A DNA stretch of 32,000 bases from Candidatus Omnitrophota bacterium (GTDB taxonomy: Bacteria; Omnitrophota; Gorgyraeia; 2-01-FULL-45-10): positions 359,789 through 391,788 of the forward strand of contig JAMWCX010000001.1 in NCBI GenBank assembly GCA_023818895.1, in the 5' to 3' direction. Below, in pieces: positions 8,256 to 16,720 of the stretch; the first letter of the stretch is position 1; the number at the start of each line of letters is the position of its first letter. The position numbers and the translations under genes were made by a program. The notes beneath the pieces were generated by a model. The model saw only the letters and a list, made by a program, of their open reading frames with translations, did not search any database and had not been told where the DNA came from.

Positions 8256-8309
8256 GAACCCACGCAACGAGCTTGGAAGGCTCGTGTTCTACCATTGAAC
8301 TACTCCCGC
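8236..8309 (-). tRNA. tRNA-Gly (anticodon UCC), CCA encoded
   Basis: Minus strand reads GCGGGAGTAGTTCAATGGTAGAACACGAGCCTTCCAAGCTCGTTGCGTGGGTTCGATTCCCATCTCCCGCTCCA. Acceptor stem GCGGGAG/CTCCCGC; anticodon stem CGAGC/GCTCG with loop CTTCCAA (anticodon TCC); T-arm GTGGG-TTCGATT-CCCAT; discriminator T followed by CCA. Confidence 0.9.
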
Positions 8310-8378
8310 AAAGTTCTAGCACGCCGATATGTAAAAATTATATTTTTTAATTAAAATATTTTTGCCAGTCTAAATAAG

Positions 8379-8413
8379 GGGCAAAACTCATGGAATTTAG
8401 ACGTCTTTTGCCC
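8379..8413 (-). terminator. Possible weak terminator or processing hairpin between RNase G and tRNA-Gly
   Basis: 8-bp stem GGGCAAAA/TTTTGCCC (8406-8413 with 8379-8386) and a 19-nt loop. It is followed on the minus strand by CUUAUUU, which is a poor U-tract. Confidence 0.3.
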
Positions 8414-8425
8414 AACGAGTTCGAT

Positions 8426-8454
8426 ACTATAACACAGCGCCCCTTCGCGGTCAA
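8426..8454 (-). promoter_or_regulatory. Candidate sigma70-type promoter for tRNA-Gly
   Basis: On the minus strand, TTGACC (8454-8449), a 17-nt spacer, then TATAGT (8431-8426). It overlaps the RNase G stop codon and lies about 110 nt upstream of the tRNA. Confidence 0.35.
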
Positions 8455-9959
8455 GGCCTCTGCTCAATCTTGATATCCTCGATATGTATATTCGGGTCTT
8501 CGATTACTCGGATCGCCTTGCGAAAACGCTTCTCAAGAGGCTTTATCATATTTTTTTCCGGGCTTGAGATATAATACGCAACTTCCGGATGGAGAGATAC
8601 AAACACCTCCCTTGAACGGCTCGACTGCAGAATGCTTTCAAGCTTCCGTATGAGCTCGATGGAAACCGTAGATATCGATTTCACTATACCGCGGCCGTTG
8701 CAATACGGACACTTCTGATAGCTTTTCGACTCTATGGACTCCCTGACCCTCTGGCGAGTCATCTCTACAAGCCCGATTGATGATATGTTCAGTATCTTTG
8801 TCTTCGCCTTGTCGTTTTCAAGAGCCCTCTCCAGCGCCCTGAATACATTCTTCCGGTGTTCCGCATACTCCATATCAATGAAATCAATTATTATTATACC
8901 CCCGAGGTCTCTGAGCTTCAGCTGACGCGCCACCTCTTCTGCGGCCTCGAGGTTTGTCTTATAAGCCGTGTCTTCGAGATTCTTCCTCCCGACAAATTTC
9001 CCGGAATTCACGTCAATGGCGACGAGGGATTCTGTCTGGTCAAATATGAGGTAGCCGCCGCTTTTCAATTGGACTATTCTATCGTAGATCTTCTCGATCT
9101 GCTTCTCGATATCGTATTTTTCGAAAAGCGGCATCCTCTCGTTATAAAATCTCACCCGCTGCCTCAGCTGCGGCGCAAGCATTCTCAAAAACCGAGATAT
9201 CCGCCTGAAGTCACTCTTCGAATCGATCTCCAGTTTCGTGAAATCTGAGGTGAATATGTCCCTAGTAACCCTCAATATGAGATCAAACTCGGCATGTATA
9301 AGCTGGGGCGGCTTTGCGCGTTTGGCCCTTGCCTTTATGTTCTGCCATAAGTTTATGAGATATCTGGACTCTCTCTGAAAGTCCTTCTCACTGGCGCCGA
9401 TAGCGGCTGTGCGTACTATAAATCCGAGGTCCTTAGGAAGCCTTAGGCCCTCCATTATCTGCCGTATCCTGTCGCGCTCCTCCCTCGACTCTATGCGCTT
9501 AGAAAGGCCTATGTGATTATCAAACGGCATGAGGACAAGAAACCTTCCAGGTATGCTTATATGTGTCGTAAGGCGCGCTCCCTTCGTCGAGATTGGCTCT
9601 TTTACTATCTGAACGAGAACCTCATCGCCTTTTTTTAAAAGTTCGCTTATGGCAGGAAGCCTACGCTTCGCTTCCTGCTTTTTAGACATCTCCGGCTCCA
9701 CGCCCTCTTCTGCCATCTTCTCCTCGCTCGGCTCCGGTACGACATCCGAAACATAAAGAAAACCATTCTTCTCCAGGCCTATGTCAACAAAAGCCGCACC
9801 CATCCCCGGAAGGACCGACTCGACTCTGCCTTTGTAAATATTGCCAACTAAATTGGTATCTTCGACCCTTTCGGTATAAAATTCTTCTATGCGCTTATTC
9901 TCAAGTATCGCAACCCTTTTTTCATGCTGTGTAACGTTTATAAATATCTCTTTGTGCAT
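8451..9959 (-). CDS. rng: Ribonuclease G/E family endoribonuclease
   Basis: S1 domain N-terminus (LVGNIYKGRVESVLPGMGAAFVDIGLEKNGFLYVSD) and catalytic core motifs (VAIDVNSGKF, IIIIDFIDM). I trimmed the TTG at 9962 to ATG 9959-9957, which overlaps the upstream stop as TGATG. Confidence 0.85.
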   Translation of the reverse strand: MHKEIFINVTQHEKRVAILENKRIEEFYTERVEDTNLVGNIYKGRVESVLPGMGAAFVDIGLEKNGFLYVSDVVPEPSEEKMAEEGVEPEMSKKQEAKRRLPAISELLKKGDEVLVQIVKEPISTKGARLTTHISIPGRFLVLMPFDNHIGLSKRIESREERDRIRQIMEGLRLPKDLGFIVRTAAIGASEKDFQRESRYLINLWQNIKARAKRAKPPQLIHAEFDLILRVTRDIFTSDFTKLEIDSKSDFRRISRFLRMLAPQLRQRVRFYNERMPLFEKYDIEKQIEKIYDRIVQLKSGGYLIFDQTESLVAIDVNSGKFVGRKNLEDTAYKTNLEAAEEVARQLKLRDLGGIIIIDFIDMEYAEHRKNVFRALERALENDKAKTKILNISSIGLVEMTRQRVRESIESKSYQKCPYCNGRGIVKSISTVSIELIRKLESILQSSRSREVFVSLHPEVAYYISSPEKNMIKPLEKRFRKAIRVIEDPNIHIEDIKIEQRP

Positions 9960-10267
9960 CAAAACTTCTCCTCTTCGGCCGTAAGGACCTTTACGTCCTC
10001 CGGTAGTTTCGCGTTAATGGAATCGATAAAATCCTGCGGCCTAACCGGCTTATCCAGATAAAAGACGGCCTCTTCGGACTGGCTCTCAAGCCCCAGCTTA
10101 AGCGCCCGCTTTATGCTTATCTTAAGACGTGGGCTGAAACCTTTCGTGATTGTGACAGGAAGGCCTGCCCGGCGGGATGCCCTCTGAAAAAGTCTGAGAA
10201 GGTCAAGGTGCGATATGAACGCCATATCGCCCGTCTTCGAGAATTTCACCATTAACTTGCAACTCAT
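9959..10267 (-). CDS. Short DUF2344 / TIGR03936-like radical-SAM-associated protein
   Basis: KFSKTGDMAFISHLDLLRLFQRASRRAGLPVTITKGFSPRLKISI matches the N-terminal signature I recall for this family. At 102 aa it seems about half the usual length. It is translationally coupled to RNase G. Confidence 0.6.
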   Translation of the reverse strand: MSCKLMVKFSKTGDMAFISHLDLLRLFQRASRRAGLPVTITKGFSPRLKISIKRALKLGLESQSEEAVFYLDKPVRPQDFIDSINAKLPEDVKVLTAEEEKF

Positions 10268-10331
10268 AAAATAAAAAAATTATCCGCCTTGAATACTGAA
10301 ATACCAACTTAGCCGGGAAGGCCATGGGTGG

Positions 10332-12002
10332 TTATTGTCCCTTTTTCTTCACACGTTTTTTTGGCATTGTATCACCGCTTTGGGCGGCTGTGTACATTGG
10401 CACATAAGCCTTGTTTGACTGTGGAACGTCGCTTATCTGCTTGCCTGTGGTCATTAAATTTACTGTAATAAAAAATATGAGTTCCGTTTTTTGTTTTGTT
10501 GTTTCTTTCTTTGTAAAAAGCAATCCCAGATATGGTACATCGCCAAGCATATCTCCCAAAATAGGAAGCTTCTTCTTAACATCTATATCGTTTTCCTTTA
10601 TAAGACCGCCTATAAAAATAGTGTCTCCGTCTTTTATCATAATCTGCGTCTTCGCCTGTCTAACTGAAAATACCGGGGCCACTATGCCGCTTGCCCTGTC
10701 AAGCGTATCATAGCGCAGTAAATCGCTTATCACGGGCGCCAGATCAACTGTTATTTCACCCAAATCGTTAACATGAGGGGTGACTTGCAATAGTATCCCG
10801 AGGTCCTTTGATTCATAGCCTGTAACCTCCATCTTACCGGTACTGGAGTTTCTTTCATAAGTCGGCATATTAAGGGTCTGGCCGACATTTATAAGAGCCG
10901 GTGTATTATTCAATGTAGCAACCCGCGGATTTGAAATTATCTCTGTATCTGACCGTGCCGATAACATTTCTAAAACTGCTTTAAATTCCGTAAAATCAAG
11001 GGTACCGAATGTAAAATCATCTTTAAGAGCAAATGGAAAGCTCTTAGCACCCCAGGGATTAGCTGGAAAATCGGCAGGCGGAACCAGCACTGCCGTCGAT
11101 CCTGCCCCAGCACCCTGCGCTGTGGCTGTTGTTACCTGCGACAGTGGCGTCATCTTATTCATCATCGGGTTATCAATATCAAAATAATCAAAAGGCACTG
11201 TAGTCGGCCTCTTGGCCCCTGTAGCCGTAATCTTGACAATCCAGTCTATGCCCATCTTTTCGTCTTTCCCAAGCACGGTCTCTATTATCCTAGCTGATAT
11301 AAGGACTTGCTCAGTCCTCTTATCAAGCCGCGATATTATCTGGCTTATTTTGTAAATATTAGTTGGAATGTCGGTGACAATAACGGTGTTCGTCCTTTCG
11401 TCGTACATAACCTTTCCTCTGTCGCTAACGACATTCTCTATGGCAGCAACTACTTCTTTTGATTTGGAATAGTTAAGGTTAAATGTCTGAGTTGTTAGCT
11501 CTTCTTGCTTCAACCTTTCAAGAGTAACAACCCGTATTATGTCCCCTTCTCGCTCATATGCGAATCCGTAGTTACGCACTATTATATCAAGGGCCGTCTT
11601 CCAGGGTTTATTTGTAAGCTTGAGGTCTACCACGCCTTTTACGTCCGGCGCAGGAACTATGTCCACCCCTGCCACATCAGAAATATAGGAAAGAACTGTC
11701 CTGATATCCGCACCCTTGAAATTAACGGTAACGTTCCCAGGATCAACTGGAGCTGATACTTCCTCGGAAGTCTTTACCTCAGAACTCTCGGTCGTAGAAG
11801 GAGCTGCCACAGCGCCGGCCTCTGCCGTCTTCGAAGACTCGGCAGCCGCAACTTTGGGCTTAGAAGAATCTGTCAAAGCCGCTTCGATCTTTTTTTCCTG
11901 AGCATAAGCTTCGCCTGGTGTTAAAGGTGCGGCCGTTGAACATAGCGCCACCGTAAAAACCAATAAAACTGCCAACAAGCATCTGCTGAGACTCTCGCGC
12001 AT
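10332..12002 (-). CDS. pilQ: Type IV pilus secretin (PilQ/GspD family)
   Basis: C-terminal secretin core (ISNPRVATLNNTPALINVGQ...KKLPILGDMLGDVPYLGLLFTKKETTKQKTELIFFITVNLM). N0-like domain (VTVNFKGADIRTVLSYISDVAGVDIV), signal peptide, and an S/T/A/E-rich linker. I trimmed the GTG at 12014 to ATG 12002-12000. Confidence 0.85.
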   Translation of the reverse strand: MRESLSRCLLAVLLVFTVALCSTAAPLTPGEAYAQEKKIEAALTDSSKPKVAAAESSKTAEAGAVAAPSTTESSEVKTSEEVSAPVDPGNVTVNFKGADIRTVLSYISDVAGVDIVPAPDVKGVVDLKLTNKPWKTALDIIVRNYGFAYEREGDIIRVVTLERLKQEELTTQTFNLNYSKSKEVVAAIENVVSDRGKVMYDERTNTVIVTDIPTNIYKISQIISRLDKRTEQVLISARIIETVLGKDEKMGIDWIVKITATGAKRPTTVPFDYFDIDNPMMNKMTPLSQVTTATAQGAGAGSTAVLVPPADFPANPWGAKSFPFALKDDFTFGTLDFTEFKAVLEMLSARSDTEIISNPRVATLNNTPALINVGQTLNMPTYERNSSTGKMEVTGYESKDLGILLQVTPHVNDLGEITVDLAPVISDLLRYDTLDRASGIVAPVFSVRQAKTQIMIKDGDTIFIGGLIKENDIDVKKKLPILGDMLGDVPYLGLLFTKKETTKQKTELIFFITVNLMTTGKQISDVPQSNKAYVPMYTAAQSGDTMPKKRVKKKGQ

Positions 12003-12003
12003 A

Positions 12004-12417
12004 TTATCGCCCACTCTTTATACCTCCCTCTTCTTCCGTCAAACTCATCTCATAAGGTTTTCCGCCGAATAGTATCGAGACTTTCCGGCCCGTGATCTTT
12101 TTTATCTCTATATCCCCGAACTTATCACCCTCTTTGACAACCTCTCCGTTCAATATGGCCACCATACTCTTCCCCGCGCCGGTAGCTATACCCTCAAGTC
12201 TGATATCTGCCACAGAGGTGATCTCTTCGAGCCTTCCGGCCGCGGGCCTGTCCACTCCGACGAGCGGAACAAACGGATCCCTCTTGCCATGAGATTCGTA
12301 CTGAAAATTTTCGCAATGGCCAAGAGGAACAATCATTACTAACAATATTATACTCACGGCCCCCATGGATCGTCCGAACTTCTCGTCTCTGGCCTTGCGT
12401 CCTGCAACTGCGCTCAT
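12004..12417 (-). CDS. PilP-like pilus assembly protein
   Basis: One N-terminal TM or signal segment, a KRDPFVPL motif, then a small beta-rich domain (LEGIATGAGKSMVAILNGEVVKEGDKFGDIEIKKI). It sits between pilO and the secretin, with an ATGA overlap onto pilO. Confidence 0.5.
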   Translation of the reverse strand: MSAVAGRKARDEKFGRSMGAVSIILLVMIVPLGHCENFQYESHGKRDPFVPLVGVDRPAAGRLEEITSVADIRLEGIATGAGKSMVAILNGEVVKEGDKFGDIEIKKITGRKVSILFGGKPYEMSLTEEEGGIKSGR

Positions 12418-12992
12418 TTGCCCTCCAACAAAACATACGTTAGAACCAGTATCTCGACATCATGCTTATTGCCTGCCGCCTTGCCACCCTTGACCTGGAT
12501 ATCCGCGACCTTCATGAAACGATCGCAGTTCTGAAGCCGGCTCAAAAAACGGCCAAGTTCATGGTAGCCGCTTTTCGCACTTATCGCTATAGGTATCTCA
12601 CGATAGGCCTGGCCGGCCCTTGCTGCGCCCTCTTTGCCCGCTGCAGGCACTATACCTACGATCCTCATCTTCGAATCTTTCGCCATTTCCGCGAGGTCCT
12701 CAAGAAGCGTAGGCAGTCCCGCTTCTGTTGGCAGGGTCTTTTCATAGCGGCCTATCTTCTTATTGTAATCCTCGATGGTCTTGACCAGCGCGTCTTTCCT
12801 CGCTACCAGGGCCTCAGCGGCCATCAGGTCATTCCTGACCTTAGCGGCGCTGCTGAAGACGCGGATTATCTTCTTTGCCTGCGGTATCAATAAAAGATTT
12901 ATATATCCGAAAATAACCGCCAGCGTCAAAACGGCAACCAGGATGATGGTTTTTTGCTCGTTTCCCTTAAGTTCTGAAAAAATTTTTATCAT
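12414..12992 (-). CDS. pilO: PilO-like pilus assembly protein
   Basis: Single TM, then a coiled-coil region, then a C-terminal alpha/beta domain. Position after pilN. 192 aa. Confidence 0.7.
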   Translation of the reverse strand: MIKIFSELKGNEQKTIILVAVLTLAVIFGYINLLLIPQAKKIIRVFSSAAKVRNDLMAAEALVARKDALVKTIEDYNKKIGRYEKTLPTEAGLPTLLEDLAEMAKDSKMRIVGIVPAAGKEGAARAGQAYREIPIAISAKSGYHELGRFLSRLQNCDRFMKVADIQVKGGKAAGNKHDVEILVLTYVLLEGK

Positions 12993-13005
12993 AGCGATGC
13001 GATGC

Positions 13006-13674
13006 CTAGTTAAAAAAACATATTATTCTGAAATTCATAACATCCTGGTTTGCTACTTTATCGCTCTTTGTTGAGACAAGTTCTATATCGCTGAAATCCG
13101 AGTAGAACTCGGCGTTATTTTTGAGACTTTTTATGAATTTCCCCACAAGGGCCGCCCCTTGTTCGCCGGCCGCTGCGGCATAACCGGTGATAACAAGAGA
13201 ACCCGGCATCTTAACGAGTGCGCCTTGCGATTTCGGCTGTTGTCCAGTTGTCTGCTTTGTAACAGTAGCTCGCGGAACCGGCTTTTCATCATAATATAGT
13301 TCAGATAGCCATATGCCTTGCGTCACCGAGTCACTTAAGGCATTGAGCTTTTTCGCCCAGTCAAACCTGCGGGACATCAGTTCGTCTATTGCGGCTGATC
13401 GCTTGTTTATGTCATCCACTTTGACCTTGATTGCTTCCACCTCCTTTTTGGCGGGCATTATCTCAGCATACTTTTTATTAATTACATTAAGGCGCATCGC
13501 GCCCGCCATGCCTATAGTAAAAAGGGTAAGCTGTATGGCAACTACTCCTGCCGCCACTACCATAACTATATTGAAGACCGGCAGGTTCTGCAGATTTAAC
13601 TCGGAAAGCTTGATATCAGCGAACGGAAGCTCTTTTTTCTTAAGCTCCGGCGGCAACAAATTTATTTGTATCAT
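13006..13674 (-). CDS. pilN: PilN-like pilus assembly protein
   Basis: The N-terminus MIQINLLPPELKKKE carries the PilN INLLP signature, followed by one TM segment. Position after pilM. Confidence 0.8.
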   Translation of the reverse strand: MIQINLLPPELKKKELPFADIKLSELNLQNLPVFNIVMVVAAGVVAIQLTLFTIGMAGAMRLNVINKKYAEIMPAKKEVEAIKVKVDDINKRSAAIDELMSRRFDWAKKLNALSDSVTQGIWLSELYYDEKPVPRATVTKQTTGQQPKSQGALVKMPGSLVITGYAAAAGEQGAALVGKFIKSLKNNAEFYSDFSDIELVSTKSDKVANQDVMNFRIICFFN

Positions 13675-13702
13675 ATTTTTGCTTCCTGCTTCCAGCTCTC
13701 GA

Positions 13703-14737
13703 CTATCTCAGCGCAAGCCCTGTCGCGACGCTGAATGAATTTTTGAGGCTTCCCAATGCATCCATGTCAACATCCGGCGTATTCAAGAATTTGAAAGGAT
13801 CCCAGCGCTGAGGCTTCGATTCAAGTATGTCTGCGAATGCTTCATCGAGGCCTATCGACTCAGAACCTCCGCCTGAAACATATATCTCGTCTATGCCCCT
13901 GCCGCTCTGGTTTTCATGATAACCGAACGAAAGTTTAACCTCATCTAAAAGACTCCCCAGCACCGGCCGCCCCCAGTCAGTTATTTCGCGCACCTTTTCC
14001 TTCGGCGTCATTTTGAGCTCTTCCGATTCTTGAAAGCTCAAGCCGGTCTTTTTAGAAATAGCGGTCGTCAGATCATTCCCCCCTATCGCTATGTCCCTCA
14101 CTACGGAAAGCTGGCCGCCCCTTAATATGCTTAAGTTGGTAAAAGACGCTCCGATATTGAGTATGGCGACAGTCTTCGCCTGGTCTATGTGGGGGAAATT
14201 TGCTAAAAACGCGTTTGAGACAGCGAAGCTGTCGACATCGACACACCTTACACCGAAACCCGCATTTTCCACCAGCTTCACCTTCTGCATCACGGACTCT
14301 TTTTTTACGGCAGCAACCAATATCTCGACGTTCCCCCTCGTCTTGGCCACATCTCCTAACACCTGAAAATCGAGTATGCACTCGTTGATATCGAATGGGA
14401 TGAGTTTTTCCGTTTCGTATTTAACGGCGCTTTTGAGCTCATCTAAAGCCATCCTGGGCATTGAGACAAGTCTTACTGTCAGAGATGGCCCGGAAATGGA
14501 GATGGTAAAATCTTTGGCGGATACCTTAAGCTCCTCGGCAAGGTTTTTTATAGATGCCGACACCGCCTCAGCCGGAAGGCCCTGTATCTTCTTGAGCCCG
14601 AAGGAAACGAGAGTCGGTTTTTCCGAAGGCGAAGAGGCCAAGGATATCTCCAGCATCTTTATGGAATGAGCTCCGATATCAAGGGCGACCCTGTTCTTCG
14701 GCTTCGGCTGGAAACGTCTAAATATCTCTAGTGCCAT
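13703..14737 (-). CDS. pilM: PilM actin-like ATPase of the pilus alignment complex
   Basis: VALDIGAHSIKMLEI phosphate-1-like motif, ILNIGASFTNLSIL, and IYVSGGGS. 344 aa. First gene of a pilMNOPQ run. Confidence 0.85.
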   Translation of the reverse strand: MALEIFRRFQPKPKNRVALDIGAHSIKMLEISLASSPSEKPTLVSFGLKKIQGLPAEAVSASIKNLAEELKVSAKDFTISISGPSLTVRLVSMPRMALDELKSAVKYETEKLIPFDINECILDFQVLGDVAKTRGNVEILVAAVKKESVMQKVKLVENAGFGVRCVDVDSFAVSNAFLANFPHIDQAKTVAILNIGASFTNLSILRGGQLSVVRDIAIGGNDLTTAISKKTGLSFQESEELKMTPKEKVREITDWGRPVLGSLLDEVKLSFGYHENQSGRGIDEIYVSGGGSESIGLDEAFADILESKPQRWDPFKFLNTPDVDMDALGSLKNSFSVATGLALR

Positions 14738-14746
14738 CGTTTTTGC

Positions 14747-16075
14747 CTACTTCCTCTGCCAGACCGGCGGGTAGTTAGTCTGGTTCTTCACCGAAAAGCC
14801 GGTGGTAAATTCATCTGGATAGCCATCGGGTATGCCGAGGGGTGCGCCCACTACATCCCAGTCCTGCGTAAGCTTGCTCATCATAAGATGCTTTTTGCCG
14901 GTATCACCTCCGGTATTGATTGTAAGAGTACCGTTACAATAAAACGACGCGTTCATCTTGCCTCCACCGTCCTTTACTATATTGCCGGTGGCGAAGATGA
15001 TCAGGTCCCCTTTTGTGCCGCCGCTATGGCCCATTTCACCGGTAGTATAAACGTCTCCATACACTACGTATGTATTCCTGTCATTCTTGGCGTCATTGTC
15101 CGGTTGGTTAAGAGTCAGATTTCCCAACACTACGAGCGTATGGTTATCAGTCGCGCCGTCGTTATTCGTGACCGTGCAGTTTCCGTCTACAAACACTATC
15201 GGCACGCCATCGGTTATAGATGTATCAGTAAATGTCTGATCACCCACATAATGATAAGTCTCACCCGGGCTTATATTCAAATCCACATGCAATGGATTAT
15301 TAGCCGCATTGTCAAGATAGGTAGTGTAGTAATAATAAAAAGCGTCTTTTTCCGTGATCTCGTCATCGGAATTATTATACGCGTTATCAGCGTTAAAAAC
15401 ACTTTCCTTATCCTGCGCTATCGCCTCTTGCCTGGTTACGATACCGTCCGAATTCGTATCGGTAACGTAATTACTGTCGTTGTTCGTATCGAAGGGCGTG
15501 CCGAGCCAAAAGTGGATCTCCGGCGTACCCGCGTTATCGATTGTAGCAGGATCGCCCGATATATCAACCCTTCCTTGTTCTGAAACTTCTGATGTGCCGC
15601 TCACCACAGGCCCCTCCATCTTTATCTTAGCCTGATTTGAAGCGCCGATAAGAGTCACGGCCCCATATGCGCCGGCGGCAAGAGGACCTGTGTAATCTAC
15701 CAGATACCCTAACTTTACCGTCGCTGTCGCGGTATGATTATTTACCGTGCCGGTCGAGACTATATAAAACTCGTCTTCATCCTCCTGATAAGCTCTGGCG
15801 CTGTATGTCCCGATAGTGTTAGACCCGACGCTGATAGAGCCAGATTTAGTGGTATTCCAGTCGGGGCTTGTTGTCAGTGTCTTAAGATATGCATACATAC
15901 GTTCGCAGCCGGATATCGCCACGTAATAGGCCGAGATCAAGAGGTCGTTCCTTATCCGAGTCGCCATAAGCTCGCTGCAGCCGATACCGATTATTACTGA
16001 GGCGCTCAGGATGAGCACAGCAAGCGAGACAGTAACAAGTATTATGATAAAACCCTTGCTTGAGCGTATCGTCAT
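14747..16075 (-). CDS. Large PilX-N-domain / GspK-like pilin-like protein (putative pilus-tip subunit)
   Basis: N-terminus MTIRSSKG|FIIILVTVSLAVLILSAS, followed by ATRIRNDLLISAYYVAISGCERMYAYL, is PilX_N-like. There is no Glu at +5, as in GspK. The central region is D/N-rich with an EF-hand loop, and the C-terminal region looks beta-helix-like. ATGA overlap with the upstream minor pilin. Confidence 0.55.
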   Translation of the reverse strand: MTIRSSKGFIIILVTVSLAVLILSASVIIGIGCSELMATRIRNDLLISAYYVAISGCERMYAYLKTLTTSPDWNTTKSGSISVGSNTIGTYSARAYQEDEDEFYIVSTGTVNNHTATATVKLGYLVDYTGPLAAGAYGAVTLIGASNQAKIKMEGPVVSGTSEVSEQGRVDISGDPATIDNAGTPEIHFWLGTPFDTNNDSNYVTDTNSDGIVTRQEAIAQDKESVFNADNAYNNSDDEITEKDAFYYYYTTYLDNAANNPLHVDLNISPGETYHYVGDQTFTDTSITDGVPIVFVDGNCTVTNNDGATDNHTLVVLGNLTLNQPDNDAKNDRNTYVVYGDVYTTGEMGHSGGTKGDLIIFATGNIVKDGGGKMNASFYCNGTLTINTGGDTGKKHLMMSKLTQDWDVVGAPLGIPDGYPDEFTTGFSVKNQTNYPPVWQRK

Positions 16076-16710
16076 AGCGCGTTCCTCAGATATACCGTAT
16101 CCGTATAGATCACAGTAACCGTGTAGGGCTGCTGCTGGCGCGTGCCGTAGACTTCTTTGGAGGCCGTGACGGTCACCTTTATTATATTTTTATGCTCCTC
16201 GTCTTCGGCATCCACGAACTTCTCGAATTTAAGGTCGGTTATGCCCAGCGTATCGTCAAGCCTGTAACTTGTGCCGCTTGTATGCTTGTAATAAACGACT
16301 CCCCGGCCGTTGTATGTCCCGTAATAGAACTCCCTCTTCACATTATTTCCGTCAGGTACCAGGTGATATTTTATCCTGCTTGCCGGATGATCCGGCTGGT
16401 CTAATATCTGCGGATACTCATTATCGCCTGGGTCCTTGTTTGCCCACGCAATGCCGTTGCGGCGCTTATAGGTAGTCGATCCTACGGTGTAGCTGCCTGC
16501 GACATCGCCTGAAAGACCCTTTACCGAGGTCACACCTTCTATTATATTGAGTAGCGCAAGCCGGGCAGACCTCTCGACATCAAGCCTGGGGCTCATCTCA
16601 GACCACCATTGCCAGACCATGACATAGATAGTCCAGCCGCTCGCTATCACCATCGTGCCAATTATAGCCGCTATCAAGACTTCCGCCAGCGTAAAACCTT
16701 TTCTATTCAT
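16072..16710 (-). CDS. Minor pilin (prepilin-type N-terminal cleavage/methylation domain), PilW/GspJ-like size
   Basis: MNRKG|FTLAEVLIAAIIGTMVIASGW is a class III signal peptide with Glu at +5. I chose ATG 16710-16708 rather than the track start at 16797, which would overlap the upstream gene by 77 nt and give an implausibly long leader. Confidence 0.7.
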   Translation of the reverse strand: MNRKGFTLAEVLIAAIIGTMVIASGWTIYVMVWQWWSEMSPRLDVERSARLALLNIIEGVTSVKGLSGDVAGSYTVGSTTYKRRNGIAWANKDPGDNEYPQILDQPDHPASRIKYHLVPDGNNVKREFYYGTYNGRGVVYYKHTSGTSYRLDDTLGITDLKFEKFVDAEDEEHKNIIKVTVTASKEVYGTRQQQPYTVTVIYTDTVYLRNAL

Positions 16711-16720
16711 TTTGGACAAG

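Noticed and set aside
8043-8354. Track ORFs 8043-8354 (+) and 8057-8263 (-) spanning the tRNA region. I also asked whether the region could be a tmRNA or a second tRNA.
   Set aside because: The ORFs run through a canonical tRNA-Gly and its duplicated trailer. Copy A has no matching 5' acceptor strand (GCGGGAG) upstream, so it is not a second tRNA. No tmRNA-like tag reading frame or pseudoknot pattern was recognisable.
12194-12436. Nested same-strand ORFs in alternative frames: 12194-12436, 14073-14381, 4671-4994, 28475-28813 and 28698-28943.
   Set aside because: They lie fully inside better-supported genes, their translations are Arg/Cys/Gly-rich and unlike any recognisable family, and they have no independent translation signals.
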